DNA of 64,000 nt, from contig NOWV01000116.1 in assembly GCA_003344405.1 (NCBI GenBank), positions 124,001-188,000 of the forward strand, written 5' to 3'. Below the pieces are notes generated by a model, which was given only the letters and a program-made list of their open reading frames with translations, was not told where the DNA came from and made no database searches. The DNA is from Trichoplax sp. H2 (taxonomy: Eukaryota). Positions 1 to 12,442 of the stretch are shown one piece after another; positions within the stretch are counted from its first letter, which is position 1, and each line of letters starts with the position of its first letter. The position numbers and the translations under genes were made by a program.

Positions 1-511
1 ATCTTCTACAGTAAATGATAACGTTATTGAGTATTGATGCACTTTTAGTTGCACTTTAGCAAAGCCTTGATTGCACATGAAAGTATCTTTACAATCAAAA
101 AGCTCCAATACCTAGCTAAGGGTTAGCACTAAAGCAAGAGTTATCTGATATTATTTCAGCTTTAAATTATTACTACTTGGAAGGGTATTTGTTTCAATCC
201 TGCGTCAGTAAAAGCGAGCCAGTTAACGATCAAAACTTTGACGCGATTTCTATTGGAATGTCATTAATCATCATACACTTATTACATCCTAGACTACTAG
301 ATGATAGTCCTATCTAGTGGTCCATAGACTCTATGGCAGAATATTCAACTATATTAAACTGTACAATGTACATTCATTACTGTCATGAAATTGCCAATAT
401 GATCGGAGTATGCACCCTAAACATTGTGCAATGTATATTTGCGTATACGTACTTGTTACACGAGCTTCTGTTACACGCTGTACAAGAGCTTTCATGATGA
501 AATTTGTAACA
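1..511 (-). CDS. Partial multi-exon gene of unknown product, running off the left edge
   Basis: Three minus-strand segments with AG/GT boundaries splice in consistent phase (453-511, 177-249, 1-111). They give CYKFHHESSCTACNRSSCNK-NRVKVLIVNWLAFTDAGLKQIPFQ-VLELFDCKDTFMCNQGFAKVQLKVHQYSITLSFTVED. No family recognised and the start exon is not resolved. Confidence 0.4.
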
Positions 512-1037
512 CTGGACAGATTAATTAATAAAGCTCCATCTAGCCTTCTTCAACGCTTCTATTTAACATTCAAGAAATAGATGAAATAGAAGCAGCGATA
601 TTACATCATTATAAAACTCGTATGCTACCAGATCCCACTCCAAGTCTGTTACCACGGCTACAGCGCTGATTCATGGCTGAGTGCTGACTGCTGAGAGTGC
701 GTGCAGCCATGGTCCAAGAAGAAGACCAGAACGGATCACTCTTGGACGGACAGACATTGTCGCCATCATCTCGTTAAAATGTTAGGCCAAGCACTTCGTT
801 ATAGGCGTGCCTTAGTATGCAGTCGGTGGGTTTGAATTAGCTGACGTTTTCTCAATCAAGTCATGTTCCATTGAATCTTACTATCGGTTACAAATTTCAG
901 CTTGAAAACAGTTATATAAGGTCTTGGACGCTATTTCTCTGAGTGATTTAGAAAACAGACACGGAAGATCCATACTAAGTACAGTAGTCATTTTTGGCCT
1001 CATTGGGTCAGAATAGTCCGTCTGTCTGATCGTAATG

Positions 1038-1135
1038 TAGTAACTGTACCATGGACTCTAGTATCGACTGTCCACTACAGTACCAGTGCCCAGTAGTACA
1101 GTACAGTACTGTACACTGTACACTCAGTACAATGT
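1038..1135. promoter_or_regulatory. TACAG/CTGTA-rich tract upstream of PEX12 (putative divergent promoter)
   Basis: Dense GTAC/TACAG/CTGTA words (e.g. agtacagtacagtactgtacactgtacac) ~260-360 bp upstream of the PEX12 ATG. The same word cluster recurs upstream of ORC4, PSMA2/HIBADH and COX14. Confidence 0.5.
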
Positions 1136-1395
1136 CCATGCATTGAGCAAGACAAGGTTGATTGATTTTATTTCAAAGTAGGTTAGAGCAGAAAGCCTGG
1201 CAAGGAAATATCAACACTAATTCTAACTTCTTTCTTGCTTGTAATTGCATTGAAATCGATAAGCTTCGACTTGCCAACATTCGTGGTAGTCCATAGAGGT
1301 TAATGACAGTGGAAAGAGATCGTGCTTGCATCATTGCATTGAACCAAAAACACCCTTGAGCTCGTCGCTACTTTGATAGATAGAAAAGATCAAGG

Positions 1396-4300
1396 ATGGC
1401 TTCCTTCTCGGCCAATTTTATGCAACAAAACTACTTAAGGCCTTCACTATTCGAGTTGGTCGCACAAAATAGTATGATAACTGCTTTAAGGCCTGCTATA
1501 AATTATGCATTAAAGGTGAGAGTGTAAAATTGATTTACTGTAATGCTGGATAATAATAATCCATTTCCACCGACTTGTCTTCGTCTTTTCACCATTCGTG
1601 TTCGATTCAATCGTTTCCATTCCTTCCCGTCTTGTAATCTAATCGGCACTTTCAATGCAATATTGGCCTACAAATTCCTTGCTTTCCTATTTGGACTCAT
1701 TTTATCTTTTTCATCAGTAGCTCTGTTGAAATAATGAATTAGAGAGTGTTACGTATTAGTAATCATACGTTATGGATTGAAAACACGTAGCTGGTAATCG
1801 CATAATACCATTGAAGGCACCTTACTGCAGTATTTACATTACAATATCTCACTATCAAACAGCGCAACATCTTGGCTGGTTTTATCCTTTTCATCCATAG
1901 TGCTAGTAAAATGTAAATGTAAGCCTTGGTAATGGATCAAGATTGAAAATACTTGCCAATGTTATGCTAAACATAAGATTAGTAGATCTTCAATTGCCAA
2001 TTGTTTCAGCTGGGACATTCAATAGGTATCAGCAAATTCGTCTAAGTTACCAGTAGAATAGGCAATATCAAAGAGAAGGTCAATTTTGTTTTAACATTAT
2101 GACCTACATTAGTTCATAGCACTTTAGTACTGTAGTATGCCTGAAAATATCCAAGGTTAGTCTTCTGAAATGGATGGTGTTTAACCAAGTTTATTCTTTT
2201 GCAGACAATTTCTCAACATTACCCTCATCTTTGTGGCTGGCTATGGCGTTACAGTGAAGAAATATACGGCTGCCTCGATCTTGTCTTGCAAATGTATTCG
2301 TTGCGCAGATTCGGTATTGAAAAATTTCTTTACCTTTATATGGAAAAATGTCTTCTTGTATAATTTTTACAGTCTAATAGTGTACAGCGCAGTAAGCTGC
2401 ATGACTTAGACTAGCACAAGTTTACTCTTTGAACCGAGAAAGTGATAGATACCGCAAGACAGCGCTATAACAGTCTCTGTAAATTTGCAGACGCGTACGT
2501 TCATATACACTGCACCTTTAGAGATAGAAAATTACCATATCGATAATAGCCGTACAAGTTATAATAAGCCAATGTACGATGATACTTTTCAATCTATGTA
2601 CGCATACATACTTAATGCCTTTATATTATATTATGATTACATACTGGTGCTCATCAAATTTCAACTGCATTAATTGGAACCTCGACTGAAAATATCTTAC
2701 ACTTTATTACTACGATATAGAGGCATCGTTTTATGAGAATTTTTATGGACTAAGAAGATCTGATATTAACGCCAAAAATATGGGACAGTCTCTAAGTACA
2801 AAGCATCGATTGTTGTCCCTCTTGTTCTTGGTACACAGAAATTATTAGTAGTAATATTAATTTTATGCACATTTGTCGTTCAGATTATAAGTATAGTCAA
2901 CTAATGTGCTTATGTTCAAGTTGTAGCAGTTTAGAATTGTTTCTGATGCTTTCTCATTAAATTAATTCTACATGCCATTGACCCTTAGAGGTTCTAGAGG
3001 TCCATGGCTAGGCAAATTTATTGCAATTACTGTATACTTAGAGTTGGTAATAATGTATCTTGTCTAACCAAATCGAATTAGGTTGGTGTACCTTATGTTA
3101 AAAATAAATTAGATACCTACTTCAATGAATGGAACGATGAAATTACGACAGTGAGTATATTACATAAGGCAAAGGATTTCAGCACCTGTTATTCCTATGT
3201 ATTAATGATTCTTTTCTCGTTTTTGAACGACTGGCAATTTTCTCATAAAGTTTATTCTAAATTTTATACAATCAGACCAATAATAGTACGTCTCAAAAAA
3301 TTAAAAATTATTTCTTGGTAGTGTATCCGTACATACATTTTATTTCACAAGTAAGTAACATGACTCTGCATAGTATTATCTTGTGTTGTAGTAAGTTCAT
3401 CAAATTCACAAGTGACATTCGTTCTTTTCCCTGTTATTACATTATTGTTAAATTATAGACTATTTCCTTAGCCTTCAATTTAATGTATGCTTTCGGAATA
3501 GATGACTCATTCTCACCGTTGCTCAAGTTAGCAGGTAAATACCTCCTTATGGTAATACAAATTATACAGTAATATTAATCAATGACATTGGAGGTTTCGT
3601 TGTACTTGCTATAATTTATAGTTTACATAAGAACTGATCCACATCGAATATTTTTGTACTAAACTATTCTTTCTTTTTCTTAACCCGGTCGGATGACTAT
3701 ATATACTGTATTTACAATAGGCTTACGACTAACCTTACTTACAAAGGAGGATGTTGTAAGTGACTCATTCTGGAGACAATTAATTCTTCAATTTTATGTT
3801 AGAATATTCAAAATTTATAAATTGTATATCTATTTAGGAATTAATTGAAAATAGAGAAATTAAGAAGCATCTAACGAATAAAACGTTGGATAGTATTACA
3901 ACAACGATATGCTTTTGCACCTTATTTGCCTTGTTGATCATTGAAGTATAAATTAATTACCATACGTCGATTTGTTTATGCAGGTCATCCTTATGGGGTA
4001 AAACTATGAGGGTTATTAGCACGATATTTTCCTTCATTCTGAAAGGCCTTACGAGTAGTTTGCCCGTCCTAGCGTTTTGCCTTAAAATCGTCGAATGGTG
4101 GTATTCAGAAGAGAATACAACTCGATCATCATCGACATTTGCTGACCTACCTATTCCTCCGCCTCCAGATAAACCAAAAGTATGATTGTAGGATTTCAAA
4201 TATTTTGAAATTTTACTGTCAATTCGAGCTAATCGTAAACCAAAAAATCACATTGCGCATAAGTTACCTTAATTAGCACACCTTCATACAAAAGAAGCTG

Positions 4301-4728
4301 ACATTTCAAAATAAAATTTTAGATTCAGTCATTATCTCCTGGTTAATAGAGTGATCAGCTTGTTGGAGAACTTAAAGTAAAAACCTATTTTTATTTTGTA
4401 TTGCTAATTTGCTATACACAGACAGCTCCAAATGGAATTAGACCTCCTATTAACACAGCTGAATGTGCGTTATGTAATCAAGGAATAACTAATGCTACTG
4501 CCTTATCTACTTCAGGGTAAGTAATAATGTACTTATTGAAAGTAAATCGAAGTAACGATATCATTGCTGATCAGCTTTTCTATACTTGTACCAATTTAAT
4601 CTTTCTGCAGATATGTGTTCTGCTATCCATGCATATACCAGTACCTCAAACAGTCCGGAAAATGTCCAATAACCCATCTACCGACCGGAATACAACAATT
4701 AGTTAAAATTTATCCAGGCGCTGTGTAA
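1396..4728 (+). CDS. PEX12: Peroxisome assembly protein 12 (Pex2/Pex12 N-terminal domain plus degenerate C-terminal RING), multi-exon
   Basis: Exon 1 (1396-1515) reads MASFSANFMQQNYLRPSLFELVAQNSMITALRPAINYALK. Exon 2 from 2205 reads TISQHYPHLCGWLWRYSEEIY. Later exons carry ASFYENFYGLRR and EWWYSE...LPIPPPP. The last exons give CALC...TALSTSGYVFCYPCIYQYLKQSGKCPIT...VKIYPGAV* (TAA 4726-4728). All match PEX12 hallmark blocks. Confidence 0.95.
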
Positions 4729-5278
4729 TCTAGTGGTTTCTAGTATATTATAGATTAACCGATACATGTAATCCGTAACATAATTGTAGAGGTTACTATT
4801 TTTTCGCAGTCTGGGAAGATCTAATCACATCTACAAATTATATCTTTGTTGAATTAACGATTTAATGTAAAAAGTTTATGCAAGATCAATACGGTATCGA
4901 TTATATTATAAATAATTTATTTTATTCAATACATCAATCTTTCAAAATCGAGAAAAAAGCATTCTTCGCCACTGAACTAACGCATATCTCTCACCTTCGC
5001 AATTTTTTATAATGACGCTATAATTTTATGAACTTTTGATTATTTTATACAACAGAACACATGAACTTTAATTATTTTATACAACGGAACACGTTACAGG
5101 ATGTCAGTAAAAATAAAATTTATTTAAAAATAGATCGCAACACAAATTTATCACGGCTTTTGTAGCTCGTTTCGAAAACCTTTTAAACTTCGTCGGCATT
5201 ATAGAAATAATGCTGGTTATTAGTGATAAGAATTCATTGATTTACATTACAATTCGAGATTTATATTTAAATACAAGT

Positions 5279-8200
5279 TTATGAATGAATAGGGTTTAGT
5301 GCCCACTGCATGACGGACGTTGGACAATTAGGATATTTCTGCAAGGCTTCTGCAATCTGTGTAGGCTGAACTAGTAATGACATTTGCCAGTATTCTTTCT
5401 GCAGACGTTTATGTGGATGATTCGTTGGCTTAATCAATGCCATATCAATCAAACGTTCGTATGCCTACAAGACGAAATTGGTATTATACATTTTGCTTTC
5501 TCGTGCGTACACAGTACTTACTACAGACAAGCTAAATAAATTTAAATTCGAATAAATCGAACCTTAAATATCACCGGTTTTGGAAATTTCTCCACTAATT
5601 GCGATTTATATAAAATAAATTGCATGTATTCTAAAAAAAATAGCGAGCAAACTTTAGGATCAGTCTTATTAATTTCCCATTGTTTTAGTTAACCAATATC
5701 TATATATTCTTATCCACCTTGATATACCATCTCAAACGTAAATGTTGTGGTCCTTCTTTTATCTGATAAATGTTTCATGGCAATAATTAGCGACAGTTCC
5801 AAGACCGATACGCCTACATTTTGGATATAAAACAATATTCTCACTCACTAACTTATCATATACTCATATTAAGATAGTGACTTTAATGCGAGTAAGCATT
5901 TATCGATTTTTGAATTGGGCTAGACCTTGCAAAAGGAGAACCGTGTAATCTTTGACGATATGTTTGCAAGATTTTATTATATCGTCTGGCACAATATTAG
6001 GATGACTTTCATGAATCAAACATACTGGAGTAACCTATAGCAAGAGTAGTTAATGCATCACTTAACGTATGAAAATAATACTGTTTACGAAATTGGTCAT
6101 CTAATGCTAAGTATTGACAAAAGTTATTGATGGTCATCCAAATTTTATCTTACCAATAAATTTTTTAATAAACGTAAGTCTTTACTATAATCAAATAATC
6201 TTCGTAAAATATCATTAACGCTGCCATCATTTGCTAATTTCTATTTGAATAATTATAAGATAATAATACAGTTTGATTAGATAATAAATTATAAGATATG
6301 GCATTAACTGACTTTCTAAAGCTAGAAAGATATTATGAAAAGAATGAAATCAATGTTCACGTCAAATAATTCTGATCATGGCTTTTAAGACCTCAATATG
6401 ATTATTCCATGATTTTGTCTGGCTAGGTTTATGGCCTTTGCCTTCTATTTTGAGTAAAGACCTTGATAAATTAGGGCAAAGAGAATAAATTTACCGGATG
6501 ATTATTCTGATTTATAGACGAATACAAAAGTAAATCTTATAACTATTTGAATACTGCAACATGTTGGGAAAATACCATTCATGTGAGATTGCTGTTTTAA
6601 TTTACAAGAGAATACAAGAGCAAATTCTGTGATTACTTGAACACTGCAACATATTGATCAAACGACGGGGCATATAAGAGGTAAATTTGGCGATGAGAAA
6701 ATCTTGATTTTACCCTTTTTTCTAGCAATTCCAACACGTCCTGTAATAAAATAAAGACCAAAACTAAATCCATAATTTGCAATTTTTAATTAAGGCAATA
6801 TTTGTAATTACTAACCAGCCTGCAAGTAACTCCGATAACAAGGACCGACACTTTGGCTGATTGACATACTTCAAATAAATTATACAGAAGAGCTTGATTT
6901 CGATGTCGGGTGAATAAGTCGAAAACATCTAATATAAATATGATCGAGCCTTTTTTTGGATTACCTATTAAAATCAGTTAATTGCGCGCTATCGTCATAT
7001 GTTGCATACATGTATTATTAAAGGGTCTTCTCCAAATATTTTTATGCTTAGTTGAACCGGGAATAAAAGTTATCTATTTATCCTTTATAAAAACATTAAT
7101 AATAATCAGTACTCTACCATTTTTGTAGGACTCTAAAATATAAGCAAATGTTTCCCCAAATGATTTCTATAAGGAAAAACATAGCTTATTAATTATTGGT
7201 TCGTTTATCTACAACGAATACAAGTTCTTCATCCTATTCTAAATATCGGCTGAGTTTACGGTGTTATATCGCAGTGTAAATGCATTAGTAATTAGCAGTT
7301 TACCAACTTTGAAAGTTTGAACTCACTATAGATCTATCTCTGACATCTTCTACTCCTAGCTGTTCACCAATAGAGATTAAAGCAAGCTTGTCATCAACTT
7401 GAATCAAGCCTAGTCAAGTCAGATAGATGATTACAATAGACGATTAGAGCAAAGTATGCATAACGCAATATAACTAACGCTAATCAACTCAACACTTTTA
7501 TGATAAAAGTTCCATCGAATTCTTAAATACCTAATAGGAAGGTAGGTAAAATAATTACATAATCCGAATTATCCACTATTTACCATTTAAATTTACTTGC
7601 GAATATTTGTCAGCTACATCTTCGGTATCTCTTAATTTATTGATAGCAGATCGTATTAGCTATTCAAAATATAAAATCGGTACTTTATACTTATTAAAAA
7701 TATTTGTGATCAGAATAACAATAGACATTTCGACATTGAATTAGTAAACAGGCTATATTATGAAAGACTGTTACTGCTGACAGTAGACAATCATTTTATG
7801 CTCCACTATCGCTATAAAGAAGGTGAGAAAAGCTACCCTAGACCAGGTAAGTTTACGTGCAAATTTGCTATACCATTGTTTTTCCGCTTGCTGGAGGTTC
7901 GATAATCAAGATGGAATTGCTTTCACCAAATAGGGTGCATAGTCGAAGCAATTGCAATAACTTTCTGCAAAAGTAAGCAGCATTATAAGCGTAAAAATGC
8001 TTCAGTAAATACTGATATCAACGACCGTTACTATCATGTAAACAATCTGCTATTAATTTTACGAAATTTCAATTTAAAACCGTAGTTCTATCCATTTTTA
8101 AGCAATGGAATCGCTTGCATTGGCACAAAAAATTGAGTAGTCAAACTTTGCTGATGTAATGGAGTTTGCAGGTACTCGAGTTTTCCTTACACTTACGTCT

Positions 8201-8791
8201 CCCTACGACATTCCTCGATAAGACTTTACAAATACTGCGCTTAAATAACAAATACTATACTAAAATTATTGCAACTTAGGAAGAGTTTCAAAACAGGCAG
8301 GAGTGATGTGCACTGTAGCATCTAACTATACTGTACAGCTTCTGCATCGAACTTTTAGACTAGAGCACGGTTCATATACTCGTGCAGTCATTAGTCCATT
8401 TCATCAATCACTCTGCAGCCTGTAAAATCATCATCCCTATCGTGACAATGTTCATTTTGATGGTTATATAATTAATGAAGCTAGTATCTTGTCGACATTA
8501 GTTACAATTGCAACGCACGAGATGATCCAAAATCATCCTGATGGTATACAATATACCATTACAGTTCAGAAAACATAAGAGAGTTTGTGCAACAATCTGT
8601 TCTAGAGATGAGATAGCATAGTGATTCTACTCAGAGTAAGAATCGAGTAAAAGATCCAGATCGAAATGATACATTGACGTGAACAGTACTTACTCTTGTT
8701 CATCCTGCAATCCTATCAATTCTTGATTAAGACAGTCGTGACATATTTTATTTCTCAATTCTGATTGAATTAATGAATAATTGTAATCCAT
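5279..8791 (-). CDS. ORC4: Origin recognition complex subunit 4 (AAA+ plus winged helix), multi-exon
   Basis: First exon from ATG 8791 reads [32 protein letters not shown]. The next exon reads [30 protein letters not shown] (ORC4 GESNS..GKT block). The last exon [13 protein letters not shown]...[40 protein letters not shown] matches the ORC4 C-terminus ([16 protein letters not shown]). Confidence 0.93.
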
Positions 8792-9089
8792 TCTTCTGCA
8801 ATCGCTGCAGCCTTGCTCTTACGCACAACTTCAAGTCAGCTACCTACTGTATTGCACGTATTATGAGACTCAGTAGCCAAAGGTAATAAGTCTTCCACTT
8901 TGTAACTTGTAGTAAATTCTTGCGTTGACTATACCCCCAACCAACGACTAAACACATTTATTGCAATCACAAGAAGTGAATGCTACGAGTAATCAAATTG
9001 CACGCCGATTTTGCAATGGTCTCCTTGACTTCAGCACCGTTAATAGCTGGCCTCGATTGTTTCGCTGGAACGGATTGCCCCGATTCGAA

Positions 9090-9290
9090 CCAGTACCCAC
9101 AGCTGTACACTGTAGAGTACAGTATAAAGTATTGTATATACTGTAGCAACAACGCAAGTACTCAGCGTTCGGCATGCTGCTTATGAGCCTGGCTGGCATT
9201 TTTGGACTGTTTAAGTATCGATACTATGAATATATTAGAGTTCGATTTCTGTTCCTTGTACTGTAGCGACGTAACGCAAACACTGTATTT
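9090..9290. promoter_or_regulatory. TACAG/CTGTA-rich tract upstream of ORC4
   Basis: gctgtacactgtagagtacagtataaagtattgtatatactgtag and gtactgtag, ~300-500 bp upstream of the ORC4 ATG, between the divergently oriented ORC4 and Apaf-1-like genes. Confidence 0.4.
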
Positions 9291-11239
9291 GTTCGTCGCT
9301 AGTCAATGTCATGGTATCGTAAGTCTTGCATGGGAAGCTATACTGCCGATATGCTTTCTTCTAAGTTAATATGTCACCGATAGGGTAAGGCAGGACATGG
9401 CGACCTAAAGGCAATTTTTCCTTCCTATAAGTCTTAAATCAAATCCAATTTGATCTTTAATGATTGAGTAAATGATCATTGGAAGGCAACAGAACACTGC
9501 TGATGATGATAGACAGAGCAAATTTAAATTCTAACTTGAAGTGGAATGGATAATTGAATTTTGCTGAATCATCATCATCGGTATTAGGTTGCGTTCGGAC
9601 AAATAATTCGTTCCATAACTTATGGCCAAATTTGAACCTTCATTTTAAAAAATGTTACAAGAAATTTCTTGCCTAGATCATTTAGGTTGTTGTCGAGTGA
9701 GAAATAAATATATCTGTCATACAGCTACCTCAGCATGATCTTCTATGGCAGCCCGTATCTTACCAAGAATAACATGGGATGGATGGGACTATCACCCCAA
9801 CCTGTAGATCTTATATTTGAATTGAAACTTTAATTTTCAATTTAAATGCCAAATTTTGGCTTCTGCCCTTGGCGAAGTGAAGTCGGTACAGTCTAAAGCC
9901 AATAAACAGTGTCAAAATTTTGAATACTACTGCATATAATCATTAGAATATTGTACTAGTAACTTATAACTTATATCAGTCGATTTTAAGTCGTGCTTGA
10001 TAGGTGGTTTCTATTTTATACCCAATTCAATTTAATTCAGCTGCTCTTGATAAAGGTGTACGTCGCATAAATTAAATAGCATTGACCGTATAACCACAGT
10101 AGAAAAGGTTAATCCTTGATGTTTTCTTATTTACCCACTATTTCACAAATCGTATGAGTCTCATTAAATAATTCTTATACCTATGTATGCGTACTCCAGG
10201 GATTTTATATTCGATCAATTGAAAAATCGGTTTCATTAGTTACTGAATATCAAGATGGACTACGATTGTATATTATTCTTCGAAATGGCTGTTATGGTAG
10301 CGTAAGTCATGTTTGGTTAGTTATGTCGTGGGTAGGAACGAATATTCAAAACACCTTCCCCTATACGAGGATCTACCGATTGCAAAATTCTTACATCAAG
10401 CTAAAATAGGCTAAAAATGCAAGAGTGGATTCTCATTTAAGGTGCTCTATAGCACTACTGAAGATCGTAAAAAAAGTTAAATTTGCCAGTTCAAATCGAA
10501 ACATGATTTCTCACATTCTCCATCGATATTCTCGCTATGAAAGATTATGTCAATAGATTCGCGCAAGTTACATAGTAACAGAGTATGATTAATTAATTAT
10601 TAGGCAGGCTACCAGGATAGAACATAAGTTAACTTGGCAGGCTATCTAGGGCTTCTTTTTGGTTTTAATCATGGGTCAATTCATTGAAATATCTATACTA
10701 TGGCTGTCATGCTCCGTTACATCGACTATATTATTCCCTAGGGAAAACTGAACAAGAATATATCCTAATTTTGATATTGTGATGTTATACTGCTTGTTAG
10801 GTGAAACAATACGCTGGCCACTTTGCTTATAAGAACTATCACTATACTTGTACTTACTCGTTTAAGTGATTGTTAACCCAGTACTTCCTAATTTCAAGAC
10901 ATCAAGTAATGCCACATTTGGGAAGATTGCCATTGCTCACTATTTATTGAAGCTCAATTTTACTAATAAATTGTTAAACAAATGCAATCTTCAATTCAAT
11001 CTGAACAGTACAGAGGAGAAAAAAAAAAATCGTTGTTGTAACGGAGTTATTCGTTATCGAGTTAAAGCGATTTGGTAGTGAACATACTCTTTTCTTATTT
11101 TTAGACTAGCTTACACGAGCCTACAATTTTTAAAAACTGTCATAAAGCAGATTTTGATCTTTATTCAGTTTGACTAACTTTATTGTGAGTTGTAGCAGTA
11201 GAAAAGAATAAGATATAATTGACCTTATAACAAGAATTA

Positions 11240-11990
11240 GTAAACCAATATAGACTGAGATGTGCCTAGAGTTCATTATATAACGGTACGCGTAGTGGAG
11301 AATGGATGATTACGTAAATCTTCTATCACACTTCAATTTTAGCCATAATCAATTTATCGCTAAAGAAATACGAGTACTTTGCTGGAGCGTCATTAGTAAT
11401 CATAAAATTAATAAATCAGTATGGATAAATGTGTACTTAGAGTTCGTTATAAAACCCGCAATGAATGATAAATCAAATCTGTCATCACAATCCAACATTA
11501 ATCATAAATCAATTTATTGCTAGAGAAGACTTTACCGTAGAGGAATTATTTATCATAAAGTAAAATCAATATGGACGAAGGCGTACATAGAGTTCATTAT
11601 AATACCGGTCGTGGATGATGAATGATTAATCAGTTATCACAGTTATGTTTTAGTCATAACCAATTCATCGCTGGCGTAATACTTTGTTGTTGCGGAATCA
11701 GTAATCCGAAAGTTAGTAAGTTAGTAAATCAATATGGACGAAGGCGTACATAGAGTTCATTATATTCCCCGCAATGGATGATAGATCAAATCTGTCATCA
11801 CAGTTCAATTTTAGTCATAATCATCTTATCGCTGGAGAAAACTTTGCTGTAGTGGAATCATGAATTAGAAAACTAGTAAGTCAATATGGACGAAGGTGTA
11901 TATAGACTTCATTATAAATAGCCTTAGTGGGTGATTGGTGATCAAGTCTGTTAGCACAGTTCAATTTTAGTCATAATCAATTTATCGCTA
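11240..11990. repeat. Diverged tandem repeat, 5 units of ~150-170 bp
   Basis: The anchor aaatcaatatggacgaaggcgtacatagagttcattata (or close variants) occurs at ~11242, ~11412, ~11562, ~11725 and ~11878. Each is followed by tcacagttcaattttagtcataatcaatttatcgct-like sequence. Confidence 0.9.
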
Positions 11991-12442
11991 ATTGATTCTA
12001 TATTGCTTGATCGTCCTTACGGTATAAGGGCGTAATTCAGTAGGACTTTAAGTATACGAGGTTAGCATCTAGACCAGAAGGGTCTATAGCAACGACAAAA
12101 AGTAATTCTCAGCAAAGAATTCCCCATGGGGTCTGGCTTCATGCCGTTGTAGTTATTGTTATTACAAAGGACTGCCTACTTAACAGTAACCGTTGAACTA
12201 ATAGATTGTAAAGAATGTTGATCTTTTTATTCTTAACGATAATCGGGATACACCGTTTGTAAAATACTGAATGGACGTCGTTAGATAATTTTATCCTCGT
12301 TAGAGAACCATAACATTCTCAATGTAACTGCAAGTTCGCGGCTTAGGCTAGAAATAATTGGCTAATCAATATTATAGAAACTGACATAAGAGATCAATCT
12401 CAATCTTGGCTGTTTAATTAAAGAAGTCATTGCGGACCAAAA

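Noticed and set aside
628..769. Minus-strand reading MMATMSVRPRV...STQP-TGA-ISAVAVV as a selenoprotein start
   Set aside because: No redox motif or selenoprotein family similarity, and no SECIS can be assessed because any 3' end lies outside the window. An ordinary stop or UTR is more likely.
11240..11990. Conserved blocks with variable interiors resembling a CRISPR array
   Set aside because: The intervening parts are homologous to each other, so this is a diverged tandem repeat rather than repeat-spacer structure.
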